64,000 nucleotides of DNA. Origin: Minisyncoccota bacterium. GTDB lineage: Bacteria; Patescibacteriota; Minisyncoccia; Phycocordibacterales; UBA2100. The stretch spans positions 199,711-263,710 of the forward strand of contig JALHPE010000001.1 in assembly GCA_022842645.1 (NCBI GenBank). Direction: 5' to 3'. A program made the position numbers and the translations under genes. The notes under the pieces were generated by a model that did no database searches, had not been told where the DNA came from, and was given only the letters and a program-made list of their open reading frames with translations. The first letter of the stretch is position 1; every line of letters starts with the position of its first letter. This document shows positions 19,997 through 30,032 of the stretch, piece by piece.

Positions 19997-20602
19997 CTAC
20001 TCCAAGATCCCGTCCAGGTTTACGTCGTAGAGAATTGCCTCGCTCACGAGGCGATAGTTGAGGAGTTCGCCTTCAGTAAACCAGATCGCAATCTCGCGCT
20101 TTGCGTCTTCAACGTTCTCTGAGCAATGAATGAGATTGCGAACCGCGCGGTCGTCAACCGCAGAGATACCATACGAGTCGAGCGTGAGGTCTCCGCGAAT
20201 AGTGCCCACATCTGAGGTCGCTGGCTCGGTGTCGCCGGTAATTTTGCGCGCCACCACTGCTGCCTGGTTACCTTCCCAGACGATCATGACAACAGGACCG
20301 CTGGTCATAAACTTCACAAGCTGGCGGATGATGTCTTTCCCGTATTCCATAGGCTCCTTATCTACTGGAAGCCCTGCCGCTTTCTTATCTTCGGTGATTT
20401 TGGTGCCCTTTTTCAGGAACCATGCGTCATCTTTGTTGTAGTGCTCCCAGAGCTTCTTCTCGTCGGCAATGCCGAATTTGAGACCAGCAAGCTTGAGGCC
20501 GGTACGTTCATAGCGTTTTATGATTTCTCCGACGAGACCGCGCTGAAGACCGTCTGGCTTAATAATGACAAATGTGCGTTCTTTCTTGGGGTGATTGTCC
20601 AT
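19997..20602 (-). CDS. ndk: Nucleoside diphosphate kinase
   Basis: ERTFVIIKPDG, FMTSGPVV, GTIRGD, RNLIHCS. Confidence 0.96.
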   Translation of the reverse strand: MDNHPKKERTFVIIKPDGLQRGLVGEIIKRYERTGLKLAGLKFGIADEKKLWEHYNKDDAWFLKKGTKITEDKKAAGLPVDKEPMEYGKDIIRQLVKFMTSGPVVMIVWEGNQAAVVARKITGDTEPATSDVGTIRGDLTLDSYGISAVDDRAVRNLIHCSENVEDAKREIAIWFTEGELLNYRLVSEAILYDVNLDGILE

Positions 20603-20609
20603 ATTTGAA

Positions 20610-20694
20610 TAGTGGGTGGTTAGTAGTTTGTAGATTGTAGTAAAGAAAACAAAAAAATCTCCGAACTACAAACTACAGTCTACAAACTACAGAC
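20610..20694. repeat. Heptamer inverted-repeat element (TAGTTTG type) upstream of ndk
   Basis: TAGTTTG TAGATTG TAG...CTACAAA CTACAGT CTACAAA CTACAGA. 20665-20690 is the exact reverse complement of 13856-13881. Confidence 0.88.
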
Positions 20695-20699
20695 TTGCG

Positions 20700-23486
20700 T
20701 TAGTACGTCGGGAAACTCTGTGTGGGCACGGGTGGAGCGAATCGCTCGCGGATCTCCGCCTCGATCTCTCCCCTGTCCTTGCCGAACGTACGATACGAAA
20801 GTTCTTTGAGTGCGTCAACATGCGCGTGGTCGAAGGCGGGTAGGTTGGCTGTCTTGATAGTAAAGGGGCGAGCGGGCGTACCGTTCACAAGGAGTGCAAC
20901 GGATGCGTGTCTATTCTCCTGATTTTCGAGGTCGCTCCTTATGAAGACAGGATGAAATTGTTTTTCGAGAAACTCGGCGTCGGTGGTACCGATGCGAAAT
21001 GCGATTTTCGTGCCGACGTTCCCAATAACTGCATCACGAATCTCCTCCGGAAGCTGTGCAATAAATTGATGCGCGACCGTAAGCGCGAGTTTGTATTTAC
21101 GCGCCTCGGAGAGGATGGTTGAAATGGAGGGAGTAGCAAAGTTTTGGAACTCATCGATATAGAGATAAAAAACCGGGAGATCACCCTTCGTATCCACGCG
21201 GGAGAACGCCGCTTGGAGGAATTTTGATACAAGAACTAACCCTAGAAGCGATGCGTTGCGCTCGCCGAGACGCCCCTTCGAGAGATTGGCGAGGAAGATT
21301 TTCTTACCATCCATCATCTCGCGGAAGTCGAACGCACTCTCCTGCTGGGCGACGATGGGGCGCATGATGTCGTTGGCGAGAAAAACGTCGAACTTCGACG
21401 TGATATAGGGGACGATGTTTTCGAGTGAGGCTTCCCCGCCTGCGGCTTCAGCAATTTTCTTCCAGAACTGCACGATGACGGGATTATTGCAGCGTGAGAT
21501 TTTAAGATTTCTAAACGAAGAATCAGCAAACACACGCGGGATCTCGAGGAAGGTGGAGCCGGTGTCGGGGTCTTCCACCACCAGCTGCACGGCGTTGCGG
21601 TAGTATTGCTCAAACATAGGACCAAACGCCTCGGGCACGTCGGCATAGAGCTTGCGGAAGATTTGGTACACCTCGTCGACGACGAATGTCTTCATCTCCG
21701 GCTTCGCGCGGTCGTATTCGAGCATGTTGAGCCCCATCGGGCGGGCAGAGTACGCCGGGTCAAAGTAAATAACATCTTGTATGCGCTCGGGCGGCACGGC
21801 GGCAAGCACATCCTGAATGTCGTTTCCGTGCGGATCAATGAAGGCAACTCCCTCACCATTCAACATGTCTTGGATGATCATGTTCTTGATGAGCCCGGTT
21901 TTTCCCGTACCCGTCTGCCCAATCACATAGCAGTGGCGAAGGCGATCCTGCACGCCGTAGCGCACCTCGCGCTCGTCGGCGCCATAGCGGTTAAGCCCCA
22001 AGAGAATGCCATCCGCGGGCATCTCGACTGGTGCAGGAGCTTGTTTTGCATGCGCTTTCTTGAGTTCGCGAGAAGTCGTGACGCGCTCAGCAGTAAAGTG
22101 CACCATGGTCGCAATTTCGCTTAGGGAAAGTGGAATCGCAGACGCACTATCGAATGAGCGATAGGTAAAATCACGCAAGGGATTTCCAAATTCAGGAAGC
22201 CAGCCGCTTCCAGCTTTCGTGAATCGCAAACGATTCCCTTTTGAATCATCAAACTGATTGAAGGGTGAAATGAGATTATCAAGAAGCACGTTTGCGCGCG
22301 CCTGATCGGGAGCTGAAGCAACGAGACGAATAACCGCAGGCACAATCCTGCTTTTTATCTTTCTCCCAATTTCTTCGGTTGCCACCTGATCCCCTTGCCG
22401 ATTCGCATGCTTTGCTGCTTCGCGCTCCTTCTCGGAAGTCATGACGGTCTTTACGACATCGTGCACAAAATCACCAAACACTGTTTCAGGAGTTTTCAGT
22501 GCCTCATCGAGATGCTTTCCATGTTCAAGCGCGCGGAGAATCTTTTTGTAGTGTTGGTTGTACCGCTCGCCTTCGGATGAAACGACGATTTGAAGTGCGG
22601 CTCCTTCGCCGTGTTTTGCAATCTTTGCAAACGCAGCAAGAAGCACGTTCATTGGGTCATGCTCGAAAAGTTCGTAGGTTTTGAGTGGGTACGCGGGATG
22701 CTCGGCAAGTGTTGCGGTTGCCGAGGCGTGCGCACCTTCGTAGTTAAAGATGTTGTAATCGCCCCGAAGCTCGGAGATGCGCGCATTGGGGAAGACCGAT
22801 GAGATAAGACGTTCGGCAAGTGCCTGTTTTGCGCGCGGAACAGCCAGATAGAGCGCCGCCTCTTCCGTGCCCTCAGCAACCGCAATTTCAATTGAAAAAC
22901 CTTCGGCAGGAGTAATGAGGGAAAGGAGCCCCGCATAGAGCTGTTCGGAGGATGCGAGGATTTGCTCGAGCTTCTGCTCTCGGCGATCTTCCCCCTCTCC
23001 ATGCGCCTGAGGGTGTATCTCGAAGAGAACGAGGTGGAGTGCTCGGGAGACCCGCTCAGGGGCAGGAATACCCTTCTGTGGGAGCCCCTCGGCGATGTAG
23101 CGTACAAGGACGCGATGGAGGTCATCCTCAAGGTGAGGGTTTTTGAGCTTGCTTACCACCGACAGAGCGTTCCGAATACCCTGCTCGGAAACAATCTTTA
23201 GAAGTCCGTCCATCTGGGTATCGTGCGCCTCGGGCTCGAGTTTTAGCGCCTGGCGTAAAATCTCGTGTTCAGGCATCGCAACTGCTTCGTGCAAGACTCC
23301 TTGCGGAGTAACTGTGCCATATTCCTGCACCTCGCGCCGTGCAATGCGTTCTCTGTCGGGCATGGCAACTGCCTCAATTTCTTTTTCTTTCTCGGCAACG
23401 CGCGCGCGCAAAAATTGCAACTCCTCTTCTGGAGATTTAAACGTGAACGAAGGCGTGATCGCACGCTCCCCTGTTCGCGGCGGCAT
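20700..23486 (-). CDS. VirD4/TraD/HerA-like P-loop ATPase
   Basis: RHCYVIGQTGTGKT, FIDPHG, LYIDEFQNF, SEARKY, GNVGT..FR.G..DA. Confidence 0.88.
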   Translation of the reverse strand: MPPRTGERAITPSFTFKSPEEELQFLRARVAEKEKEIEAVAMPDRERIARREVQEYGTVTPQGVLHEAVAMPEHEILRQALKLEPEAHDTQMDGLLKIVSEQGIRNALSVVSKLKNPHLEDDLHRVLVRYIAEGLPQKGIPAPERVSRALHLVLFEIHPQAHGEGEDRREQKLEQILASSEQLYAGLLSLITPAEGFSIEIAVAEGTEEAALYLAVPRAKQALAERLISSVFPNARISELRGDYNIFNYEGAHASATATLAEHPAYPLKTYELFEHDPMNVLLAAFAKIAKHGEGAALQIVVSSEGERYNQHYKKILRALEHGKHLDEALKTPETVFGDFVHDVVKTVMTSEKEREAAKHANRQGDQVATEEIGRKIKSRIVPAVIRLVASAPDQARANVLLDNLISPFNQFDDSKGNRLRFTKAGSGWLPEFGNPLRDFTYRSFDSASAIPLSLSEIATMVHFTAERVTTSRELKKAHAKQAPAPVEMPADGILLGLNRYGADEREVRYGVQDRLRHCYVIGQTGTGKTGLIKNMIIQDMLNGEGVAFIDPHGNDIQDVLAAVPPERIQDVIYFDPAYSARPMGLNMLEYDRAKPEMKTFVVDEVYQIFRKLYADVPEAFGPMFEQYYRNAVQLVVEDPDTGSTFLEIPRVFADSSFRNLKISRCNNPVIVQFWKKIAEAAGGEASLENIVPYITSKFDVFLANDIMRPIVAQQESAFDFREMMDGKKIFLANLSKGRLGERNASLLGLVLVSKFLQAAFSRVDTKGDLPVFYLYIDEFQNFATPSISTILSEARKYKLALTVAHQFIAQLPEEIRDAVIGNVGTKIAFRIGTTDAEFLEKQFHPVFIRSDLENQENRHASVALLVNGTPARPFTIKTANLPAFDHAHVDALKELSYRTFGKDRGEIEAEIRERFAPPVPTQSFPTY

Positions 23487-23494
23487 AGGGAGAA

Positions 23495-23529
23495 GTATAC
23501 CGTATCGTGTATACCGTATGAGGTATAGG
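23495..23529. repeat. Heptamer tandem repeat overlapping the -10 box of the ATPase gene
   Basis: GTATACC GTATCGT GTATACC GTATGAG GTATAGG. Confidence 0.65.
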
Positions 23530-23530
23530 T

Positions 23531-24232
23531 TCAGTTTTTTGGGTTCGGTAAACGCAAATTAAGCTTATCCATGTATGTATCTAGATCCAGACTCCCCCGT
23601 TCTAGTTTTTTATTTATCAGTATTGCTAATTCAGCACGAGTCAATCGTTGTGTGAGTATGCAGTATATGTTGAGCAGAAAGACGGATGCATGTATCGAAG
23701 CATCCTCCCAAGTGGTTTCGGTCGTAGCAAGCCCGAGAGCTACTAACGCACCAGCTATATGTATTAGTTCGTTGAACGAACACTGTTTAATAGCGAAATC
23801 AAGCAAATGGGAATCTGACCTACCAGCTAAGAAATAATTTGTATTTTCCCCTTTGTCTAAAACAGACTGATGGAGGGGTTTTGATAACCTTCCAATTGTC
23901 CCAAGTATAAGTGATCTGTATTTTTGTACTCCCAGCACTTCCAAAAATTGCTTCGCCTTTACAGGGTCTCCAGTCTTGAGAAAAAACTTTGCCATTCTCT
24001 GATACACAGTGCCTGTGGAGGTGTCGAGCATGTCATCGAAAGAAGTGGGAGACTCGGACATACGCTCCAGGCTTTTAATGTCTTGGAGGGATTCTTCTCG
24101 TACGCCCAGAAATATCGCTCGTAGGTTCGCATTTTCCAACATCGATCTCGCAACATCGAAGTTGAGTGCATCAAGCTGACTTAGATCTTTATCATCTCGT
24201 GCCTCAATTCTTGATTTAGGACGTTCGAGCAT
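23531..24232 (-). CDS. Hypothetical protein (AT-richer than neighbours)
   Basis: 233-aa ORF filling the gap between map and the ATPase; no recognised motif. Confidence 0.6.
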   Translation of the reverse strand: MLERPKSRIEARDDKDLSQLDALNFDVARSMLENANLRAIFLGVREESLQDIKSLERMSESPTSFDDMLDTSTGTVYQRMAKFFLKTGDPVKAKQFLEVLGVQKYRSLILGTIGRLSKPLHQSVLDKGENTNYFLAGRSDSHLLDFAIKQCSFNELIHIAGALVALGLATTETTWEDASIHASVFLLNIYCILTQRLTRAELAILINKKLERGSLDLDTYMDKLNLRLPNPKN

Positions 24233-24239
24233 ACGAACA

Positions 24240-25010
24240 TCATACTCTCGTGATTACATCAGGACCATCCTTGGTGACAATAACAGTGTGCTCGACATGT
24301 GCCGTACGCGAGCCGTCTTTAGTGCGGTAGGAGTAACCATCTTTGTCGACGTAGAGCGTGCCCGAGCCGAGGGTAAACATGGGCTCAATCGCTATTACCA
24401 AGCCCTCCACGAGTCTTTCGCCAGTGCCGGGAGCGCCGAAATTCGGCACATGCGGCTCTTCGTGCACCTGCTTCCCCACGCCGTGTCCTGCAAGATTCTT
24501 TGGAAACCCGAGCTTATTTTTGCGCGCGATTTCCTCAACTGCGTGCCCAATGTCGCCTGTTGTGTTGCCCACGCGTGCCTGTGCAATCCCCGCCTCAAGC
24601 GCTTCGTGTGCAAGGCGAATCATGCGGACATCTTCAGGGTCGCGCTTTGTGCCCGCAATCACGGTAATAGCGTGATCAGTGTAGAGTCCACGGTGCTTTA
24701 TGCCAAAATCGAGCTTCACAATATCGCCGTCTGCAAAGACTGCGCCATTATCACTCCCCGGTGAGTGCACAATCACATCGTTCACTGAAACACAGAGCGA
24801 TGATGGATACGGCGTGTCACTCGGACGATCCTTATGCCCTTTAAACGCTGGTTCGTCTCCTTGGCTCGCAATCAGTTCGAGCGCGCACGTTTCGAGTTCT
24901 TTCGCAGAAACACCCGGCGCAACCATGCTCGCAAGCTCTTTCAAATAGGTGCCGAGGCGGCGTCCGCCTTCACGCAAAATCTCTCGCTCCTCTTCCGTTT
25001 TGATGATCAT
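24240..25010 (-). CDS. map: Methionine aminopeptidase type I
   Basis: CVSVND..VH, DFG, TDHA.T, GHGVG..VHEEP, AIEPM, AHVEHT. Confidence 0.96.
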   Translation of the reverse strand: MIIKTEEEREILREGGRRLGTYLKELASMVAPGVSAKELETCALELIASQGDEPAFKGHKDRPSDTPYPSSLCVSVNDVIVHSPGSDNGAVFADGDIVKLDFGIKHRGLYTDHAITVIAGTKRDPEDVRMIRLAHEALEAGIAQARVGNTTGDIGHAVEEIARKNKLGFPKNLAGHGVGKQVHEEPHVPNFGAPGTGERLVEGLVIAIEPMFTLGSGTLYVDKDGYSYRTKDGSRTAHVEHTVIVTKDGPDVITRV

Positions 25011-25606
25011 GCAAGTCCGAGTGCTTTAAGAATATTTTGATGAATAGTTTCAGGATCAGGCTCGCCGTCGATTACATGCACAGTGCGACCACGCTCTTTC
25101 AAAAGCGCGAGTTGTGGGAGGACGTCGCTTTTGTACCATGAGAGACGATTTCTTATTCCCTCTTCGGTGTCGTCATTTCTGCCGCGAGCAAGAAGACGCT
25201 CCATCACCGAGCTTTCAGAGAGTTCAATAGAAACCACTTGAAAATCCTCGCGCCCAAAATAGTGCATGGCGTCATCAAAGCCACGCGTTTGATCCGCGCC
25301 GCGCGCGAGACCATCGGCAATCACGTGCTCCTCACCCGTAATGAGTTCTGTAACGAGCTTTTTTGTTTGGAGGTATATGGGCATAAAATCCGGCATGCGG
25401 TGCCCAGCGTCGATCGTAGCACCTGTGAGTTTCCCAGCATACGAACCACCATCGCGGAGTGCACGAAGCTCGGAACCCATATCAATATGAATAATGCCGC
25501 GCTCAGGCTCGCGGTTTTTCAAAAAATCCATGAGGAGTTTTACCTGCGTCCCCTTACCAGCGCCTTGGGAGCCAAAAAAAAGGACCGAGAATGGTCGTGT
25601 GTTCAT
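25007..25606 (-). CDS. adk: Adenylate kinase (short, LID-less type)
   Basis: GSQGAGKGTQ, DG..R, RGRNDD, RL..Y. Confidence 0.88.
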   Translation of the reverse strand: MNTRPFSVLFFGSQGAGKGTQVKLLMDFLKNREPERGIIHIDMGSELRALRDGGSYAGKLTGATIDAGHRMPDFMPIYLQTKKLVTELITGEEHVIADGLARGADQTRGFDDAMHYFGREDFQVVSIELSESSVMERLLARGRNDDTEEGIRNRLSWYKSDVLPQLALLKERGRTVHVIDGEPDPETIHQNILKALGLA

Positions 25607-26193
25607 GCGCCCAGATTATAGCCTTCTTTTGTGAGGATTTCTATTACCCCGTCTATCGCCGCCTCGAGCTTCCCTTCCTCATTGGTAATGCGGTAGTCAT
25701 AGAAAGGCGCATCTTCTTCCATCTCGCGACGAGTGTGCGTGAGACGTTCCTGCCACTCAATGTCGCTCATAGGCGCGCGTGCGCGCACACGTTTTTCCAA
25801 AATCTCAAGTGAAGGCGGCATGATGAAAATCGTCGTGGCATCATAGTGCTCCTTCAGGTAGCGTGCGCCGACAATTTGAATGACGGCAAAGACCACTTTC
25901 CCGCTTGCAATGCGGGCTTCTATATCCGGCTTGTAGGTGCCGTAATACGTATCGGTGTCAGCCCGATGATAGTGTTCAAGAATGTTTCCCGCTTGAAGTT
26001 CGGTAAGAAATTTTCCCTTAGTGAGAAAGTGGTAATTGACACCGTTCTCTTCTCCGGGGCGCATGGGACGGGTAGTTGCCGTCACCATGAGAGTCGCGTT
26101 CGGTGCGCGCCTCAGAACGCCTTGCACGACCGAATCTTTCCCGCTCCCTGCGGGTCCTGCAATCACAACCACCTGCTTCTGCATGCGCGCCAT
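25603..26193 (-). CDS. gmk: Guanylate kinase
   Basis: GPAGSGK, TTRPMRPGEENGVNYHF, YYGT, IFIMPPS. Confidence 0.93.
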   Translation of the reverse strand: MARMQKQVVVIAGPAGSGKDSVVQGVLRRAPNATLMVTATTRPMRPGEENGVNYHFLTKGKFLTELQAGNILEHYHRADTDTYYGTYKPDIEARIASGKVVFAVIQIVGARYLKEHYDATTIFIMPPSLEILEKRVRARAPMSDIEWQERLTHTRREMEEDAPFYDYRITNEEGKLEAAIDGVIEILTKEGYNLGA

Positions 26194-26208
26194 AGTAGCA
26201 CGCAAAAA

Positions 26209-27483
26209 TTAATACTCGCGAATGGAAGTCTGTGCGTCGATCTTTTTGACAACGTCGAGGACGACCGAAACCGCGATGAGGAGTGCCGTGCCGCCAATAG
26301 TCAGCGCGGTGATGCCCGTGATTCCCTGGAGAATGATTGGAAGAACTGCGATGCCACCGAGAAAGAGCGCGCCCACGAGTGTGATGCGGGTAATGATGGT
26401 TGCGAGGTATTCAGCGGTCATTTGTCCTGGGCGAACGCCTGGGATGAAGGCACCGTTCTTCTGGAGATTCTTAGCGACTTGATGCGGTTCAAAGGTAATT
26501 GCAGTGTAGAAGAACGTAAACATGAATACGAGGAGGAAGTAGAAGAAGCCATAAACCCACTGATTTGCGAGGCCGTTCACGACTGCCTGCGCGCCTGCCG
26601 CAAGCCAGCCGATTGACGACTGCGCAACAAAGGTGGCGATCATTTGAGGGAAAAGGAGAATCGAGAGACCGAAGATGATTGGCATGACGCCCGACTGATT
26701 GAGACGAAGTGGAAGATAGGTGGAAACACCGCCCATGACCTTTGCACCACGTACACGACGTGCGTAGGTAACAGGAATCGGACGTTCTGCTTCAGTGATA
26801 AAGACGACGCCAGCCGTGATTGCAATGCCCAAGGCCGCAAATGCGAGGTAGGTTGGCACTTGAGAGACATCGAACGCGAAAGCGACTTGCGCGAATGCGG
26901 CTGGAAGCCCAGCAACAATGCCAGCAAAGATGATGAGAGACACACCATTCCCCACACCGAACTCAGTGATGAGTTCTCCAATCCACATGAGGAGCATGGA
27001 ACCCGCAGCGACGATGAGTGTGTTCACAATTGCAGTTTGAAGATCCATGGGTGGAATAGCACCGTTCTGCTGGAGAAGGAGGAGGAACGCAAAGCCTTGC
27101 AGGAATGCAAGCGGCACCGTGAGGTAGCGTGCGTACTGCATGAATCGTGCACGTCCTGAATCCCCTTCTTCCTGGTACATCTCTTTTATCTTCGGCACAA
27201 GGACCGTGAGGAGCTGCATCACGATAGCGGCAGTGATGTAGGGACCGACGCCGAGCATCACGATGGAAAGATTAGAAAAGCCGCCGCCGGAAAAGACGTT
27301 CAGGAGTCCGAGGAACTGATTGTTAGCAAGAAATGCCTGCACACCTGAGGCGTCGATTGATGGCACAGGAATGGCTGCAAGAAGGCGAAAGACGATAAGC
27401 GCGCCCAAGACAAAAAGGACACGCATCCGGAGAATCGGATCTTCAATGACGATCGTTATCTTGCGCACGAATGCATCAAACAT
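26209..27483 (-). CDS. secY: Preprotein translocase SecY
   Basis: LGVGPYITA.I, WIGELITEFGVGNGVSLIIF, FIPGVRPG, IGGTALLI.V.V. Confidence 0.98.
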   Translation of the reverse strand: MFDAFVRKITIVIEDPILRMRVLFVLGALIVFRLLAAIPVPSIDASGVQAFLANNQFLGLLNVFSGGGFSNLSIVMLGVGPYITAAIVMQLLTVLVPKIKEMYQEEGDSGRARFMQYARYLTVPLAFLQGFAFLLLLQQNGAIPPMDLQTAIVNTLIVAAGSMLLMWIGELITEFGVGNGVSLIIFAGIVAGLPAAFAQVAFAFDVSQVPTYLAFAALGIAITAGVVFITEAERPIPVTYARRVRGAKVMGGVSTYLPLRLNQSGVMPIIFGLSILLFPQMIATFVAQSSIGWLAAGAQAVVNGLANQWVYGFFYFLLVFMFTFFYTAITFEPHQVAKNLQKNGAFIPGVRPGQMTAEYLATIITRITLVGALFLGGIAVLPIILQGITGITALTIGGTALLIAVSVVLDVVKKIDAQTSIREY

Positions 27484-27486
27484 ATA

Positions 27487-27933
27487 TTAAGAAATACTCC
27501 CTCCCGCTTTTTCAATTGCAGCCTTTGCACCCACCGTTGCAAGCACGCCAGAAACCGTCAGCTTCTTAGAAGCCGTAGCGCCCACGAGCTTCACCTGAGG
27601 AGCCTTGCGGCCTTTCTTCACGGAAATAAGCCCTGCTTCAGCGAGTGTTTGTGGGTTGATCGCACCTGTGAGTTTCTCAAGTTGCGAGAGTGTAATCGTG
27701 ACTGGACGCGGCTTCTTTTCCCAAACAGTGCGGCCACGGTTCTTACCGTATCCACGGCGCTTCGGAATTTTCTTGATGATATCGCGGAGTTCCGGTCGAC
27801 GCTTATTACCTGCGCGCGCAGTCTGACCCTTACCACCACGCCCCGATTGTTTACCTCGCGTAGAAGACTGTCCGCGCCCAACACGGCGGTATGCACGCTT
27901 CGTCATTCGCTTGAGTGTGTGAAGTGCTTTCAT
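27487..27933 (-). CDS. rplO: 50S ribosomal protein L15
   Basis: RRVGRG...GKQSGRGGKGQTARAG, AIEKAGG. Confidence 0.95.
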   Translation of the reverse strand: MKALHTLKRMTKRAYRRVGRGQSSTRGKQSGRGGKGQTARAGNKRRPELRDIIKKIPKRRGYGKNRGRTVWEKKPRPVTITLSQLEKLTGAINPQTLAEAGLISVKKGRKAPQVKLVGATASKKLTVSGVLATVGAKAAIEKAGGSIS

Positions 27934-27937
27934 ATAA

Positions 27938-28540
27938 TTATTTTGCAATCTGCTTCAACGCTTCAATAGCAGCACGTGCGTTGTTGATTGGATTGTGCGA
28001 GCGCGAAAGAATCTTTGCAGTAACGTCGGTCACTCCTGCGAGCTCCAAGACTGAACGCACGGATGAGCCGGCCACAAGACCGCGACCCGGAGAAGGACGA
28101 ATCTCAAGCACTGATGCGGCATATTTTGCACTCACATCGTGCTTGATAGAGTTCGTCTTCGTAAGATCAACAGTGATCATTGCGCGCTTTGCAGCACGAG
28201 ACGCCTTCTCGATTGCAAGCTGTGTGTCTGCAGCCTTACCGAGACCAACACCCACACGGCCTTTCTTATCGCCAAGCGCCATACACACGGAGAAATTAAA
28301 ACGGCGACCGCCTGCCATCACACGAGCAACACGACGGATGGAGAGCATTTTTTGCTCAAATTCTGAGCGACGTTCGTCGCCCCCACGGCGCGGACCACGC
28401 CCTCCCCCGCGACGATCGCGACCAGGAGCGCCTCGACCTCCTCGTGCACCACGAACATTCGCCAGCGGAACATTGGCGGGAACATCCGCCACCGCCGCTT
28501 CGCTTACCTGTGCATCAATTACCTGTGTTTCGTCAGTCAT
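27938..28540 (-). CDS. rpsE: 30S ribosomal protein S5
   Basis: IRRVARVMAGGRRFNFS, G.VGVG.GKA, VLELAGV.D; abuts rplO with no rpmD between them. Confidence 0.96.
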   Translation of the reverse strand: MTDETQVIDAQVSEAAVADVPANVPLANVRGARGGRGAPGRDRRGGGRGPRRGGDERRSEFEQKMLSIRRVARVMAGGRRFNFSVCMALGDKKGRVGVGLGKAADTQLAIEKASRAAKRAMITVDLTKTNSIKHDVSAKYAASVLEIRPSPGRGLVAGSSVRSVLELAGVTDVTAKILSRSHNPINNARAAIEALKQIAK

Positions 28541-28544
28541 AGAA

Positions 28545-28892
28545 TTAAAAGTCGAGTCCCGCCTTACGCGCTGCTTCTGCAAACGCCTTGATAGTGCCTT
28601 GGTATTGGAATCCGCCGCGATCAAACACAACTTTCTTCACACCTTTCTCACTCGCACTCTTCGCAAGCGTCTCTGCGGCTTTCTCTGCCTTTTCGCGTGG
28701 TGTCCCGCTTTTCACATCAGAAGAACTGACTGCGGCAAGCGTGATACCGCGCTCGTCGTCGATAATCTGCGCCACCACACGCGTATTCGATTTGAAGATC
28801 GAGAGACGAGGACGCTCCGCAGAACCAGAAACTTTTGCGCGCACGCGATTGTGTCGTCGCTCCCTTTGTTCAGATTTAGAAAGTGTTTGCAT
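28545..28892 (-). CDS. rplR: 50S ribosomal protein L18
   Basis: RPRLSIFKSN, VFDRGGFQY.G. Confidence 0.97.
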   Translation of the reverse strand: MQTLSKSEQRERRHNRVRAKVSGSAERPRLSIFKSNTRVVAQIIDDERGITLAAVSSSDVKSGTPREKAEKAAETLAKSASEKGVKKVVFDRGGFQYQGTIKAFAEAARKAGLDF

Positions 28893-28897
28893 ATTTT

Positions 28898-29440
28898 TTA
28901 TGAAGCCGCAGCTGCTTTCTTACCCTGCTTCTGACGCACGACCTCGCCCTCATAGCGAATACCCTTGCCCTTATATGGCTCTGGCTTCTTGAGTGCGCGG
29001 ATGGATGCGGCAAATTGCCCAACAGCATCCTTATCAGCACCAGAAATCGTGATGATGTTTTTCTCAACGAGTGCCGTGAGTCCTTCTGGGATTGCAACAA
29101 TAACCGGGTGCGAGAAACCGAGTGCCATTTTGAGGTTTTTGCCCTGGAGCTCAGCTTTGTACCCAATACCTTCGATCTGGAGCTTTTTCACAAACGGCGT
29201 ATTCACACCGGAAATCATGTTCTTCACGTGCGCAGCGTAGGTGCCCCAAAGTGCTTTTGCGAGGCGCGAATCATTTGCAGGAGTCACAGAAACTGAACCA
29301 GATTCAACCTTCACAGAAACCGCGCTATGGGTCGGGCGTACGAGCGTGCCGCCTTTCCCTTTCACCGTGATGTCATCCGAAGAGACGGAGACGTCGGTGC
29401 CTGCAGGGATGGAAATAGCGAGTTTGCCGAGTCGTGACAT
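28898..29440 (-). CDS. rplF: 50S ribosomal protein L6
   Basis: MSRLGK, LGFSHP, PEPYKGKGIRY. Confidence 0.97.
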   Translation of the reverse strand: MSRLGKLAISIPAGTDVSVSSDDITVKGKGGTLVRPTHSAVSVKVESGSVSVTPANDSRLAKALWGTYAAHVKNMISGVNTPFVKKLQIEGIGYKAELQGKNLKMALGFSHPVIVAIPEGLTALVEKNIITISGADKDAVGQFAASIRALKKPEPYKGKGIRYEGEVVRQKQGKKAAAAS

Positions 29441-29444
29441 AGAG

Positions 29445-29840
29445 TTACCAGATTTGAAAGAGTGCTTCACCACCTACTTTTTCTTTACGTGCTTCAAGAC
29501 CAGTCTTCACACCTTTTGGAGTTGAGAGGATGACCGCACCATGACCATAGCGCACCGGGGTGATCTCGGTGACAGAAGCATAGATGCGTCGCCCTGGCTT
29601 TGAAATGCGCTTCACACCCTTGATGTGGGGAGCGCCACCTTCGGTGTACTTGAGGTGCACTTCGATGGTCTTCTTTACCTTCTTACCCTTCTTTTCGACT
29701 TGTTTTACCCAACCAGCGTCCTTAAGTTTCTCTGCGATTGCGAGCTTGAATGCGGAAAACGGCACCGAGACGGTTGCCTGCTTCACTGCTCCAGCATTCT
29801 GGATGCGGTTTATGAAATCGCCGACGGGGTCAGTTATCAT
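29445..29840 (-). CDS. rpsH: 30S ribosomal protein S8
   Basis: TDPVGD..NRI.NA, RISKPGRRIY, STPKG, GGE. Confidence 0.97.
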   Translation of the reverse strand: MITDPVGDFINRIQNAGAVKQATVSVPFSAFKLAIAEKLKDAGWVKQVEKKGKKVKKTIEVHLKYTEGGAPHIKGVKRISKPGRRIYASVTEITPVRYGHGAVILSTPKGVKTGLEARKEKVGGEALFQIW

Positions 29841-29846
29841 AGAAAA

Positions 29847-30032
29847 TTACCAAGAGGATTTCTTCACGCCCGGGATATTGCCCTCAAGTGCCTCCTCGCG
29901 GAAGCAGATGCGGCACAGGTTGAAATCGCGCATAAAGCCGCGCGGACGACCGCACTTAAAGCAACGACGAACCGTACGCGAAGAGAACTTCGGCGTGCGA
30001 TTTGCTTTTACGATCATGGACTTTTTGGCCAT
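29847..30032 (-). CDS. rpsN: 30S ribosomal protein S14 (Zn-binding type)
   Basis: [10 protein letters not shown]...LCRICFRE...IPGVKKSSW. Confidence 0.97.
   Translation of the reverse strand: MAKKSMIVKANRTPKFSSRTVRRCFKCGRPRGFMRDFNLCRICFREEALEGNIPGVKKSSW

Noticed and set aside
13848-20694. Heptamer repeats as a CRISPR array
   Set aside because: Units are 7 bp and tandem with no unique spacers of constant length, and no cas genes are in the window.
20700-23486. VirD4/TraD-like ATPase as a conjugative element
   Set aside because: No relaxase, VirB genes or element boundaries; it sits among housekeeping genes.
27934-27937. Missing rpmD (L30) as a novel loss
   Set aside because: Absence of L30 is an established CPR trait; used only as taxonomic evidence.
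27915-28934. Long + strand ORFs opposite r-protein and other core genes (e.g. 27915-28934, 25846-26616, 6797-7459, 61006-61731) and 30712-31557 on the - strand
   Set aside because: These are antisense shadows of well-supported genes and carry no recognisable motifs.
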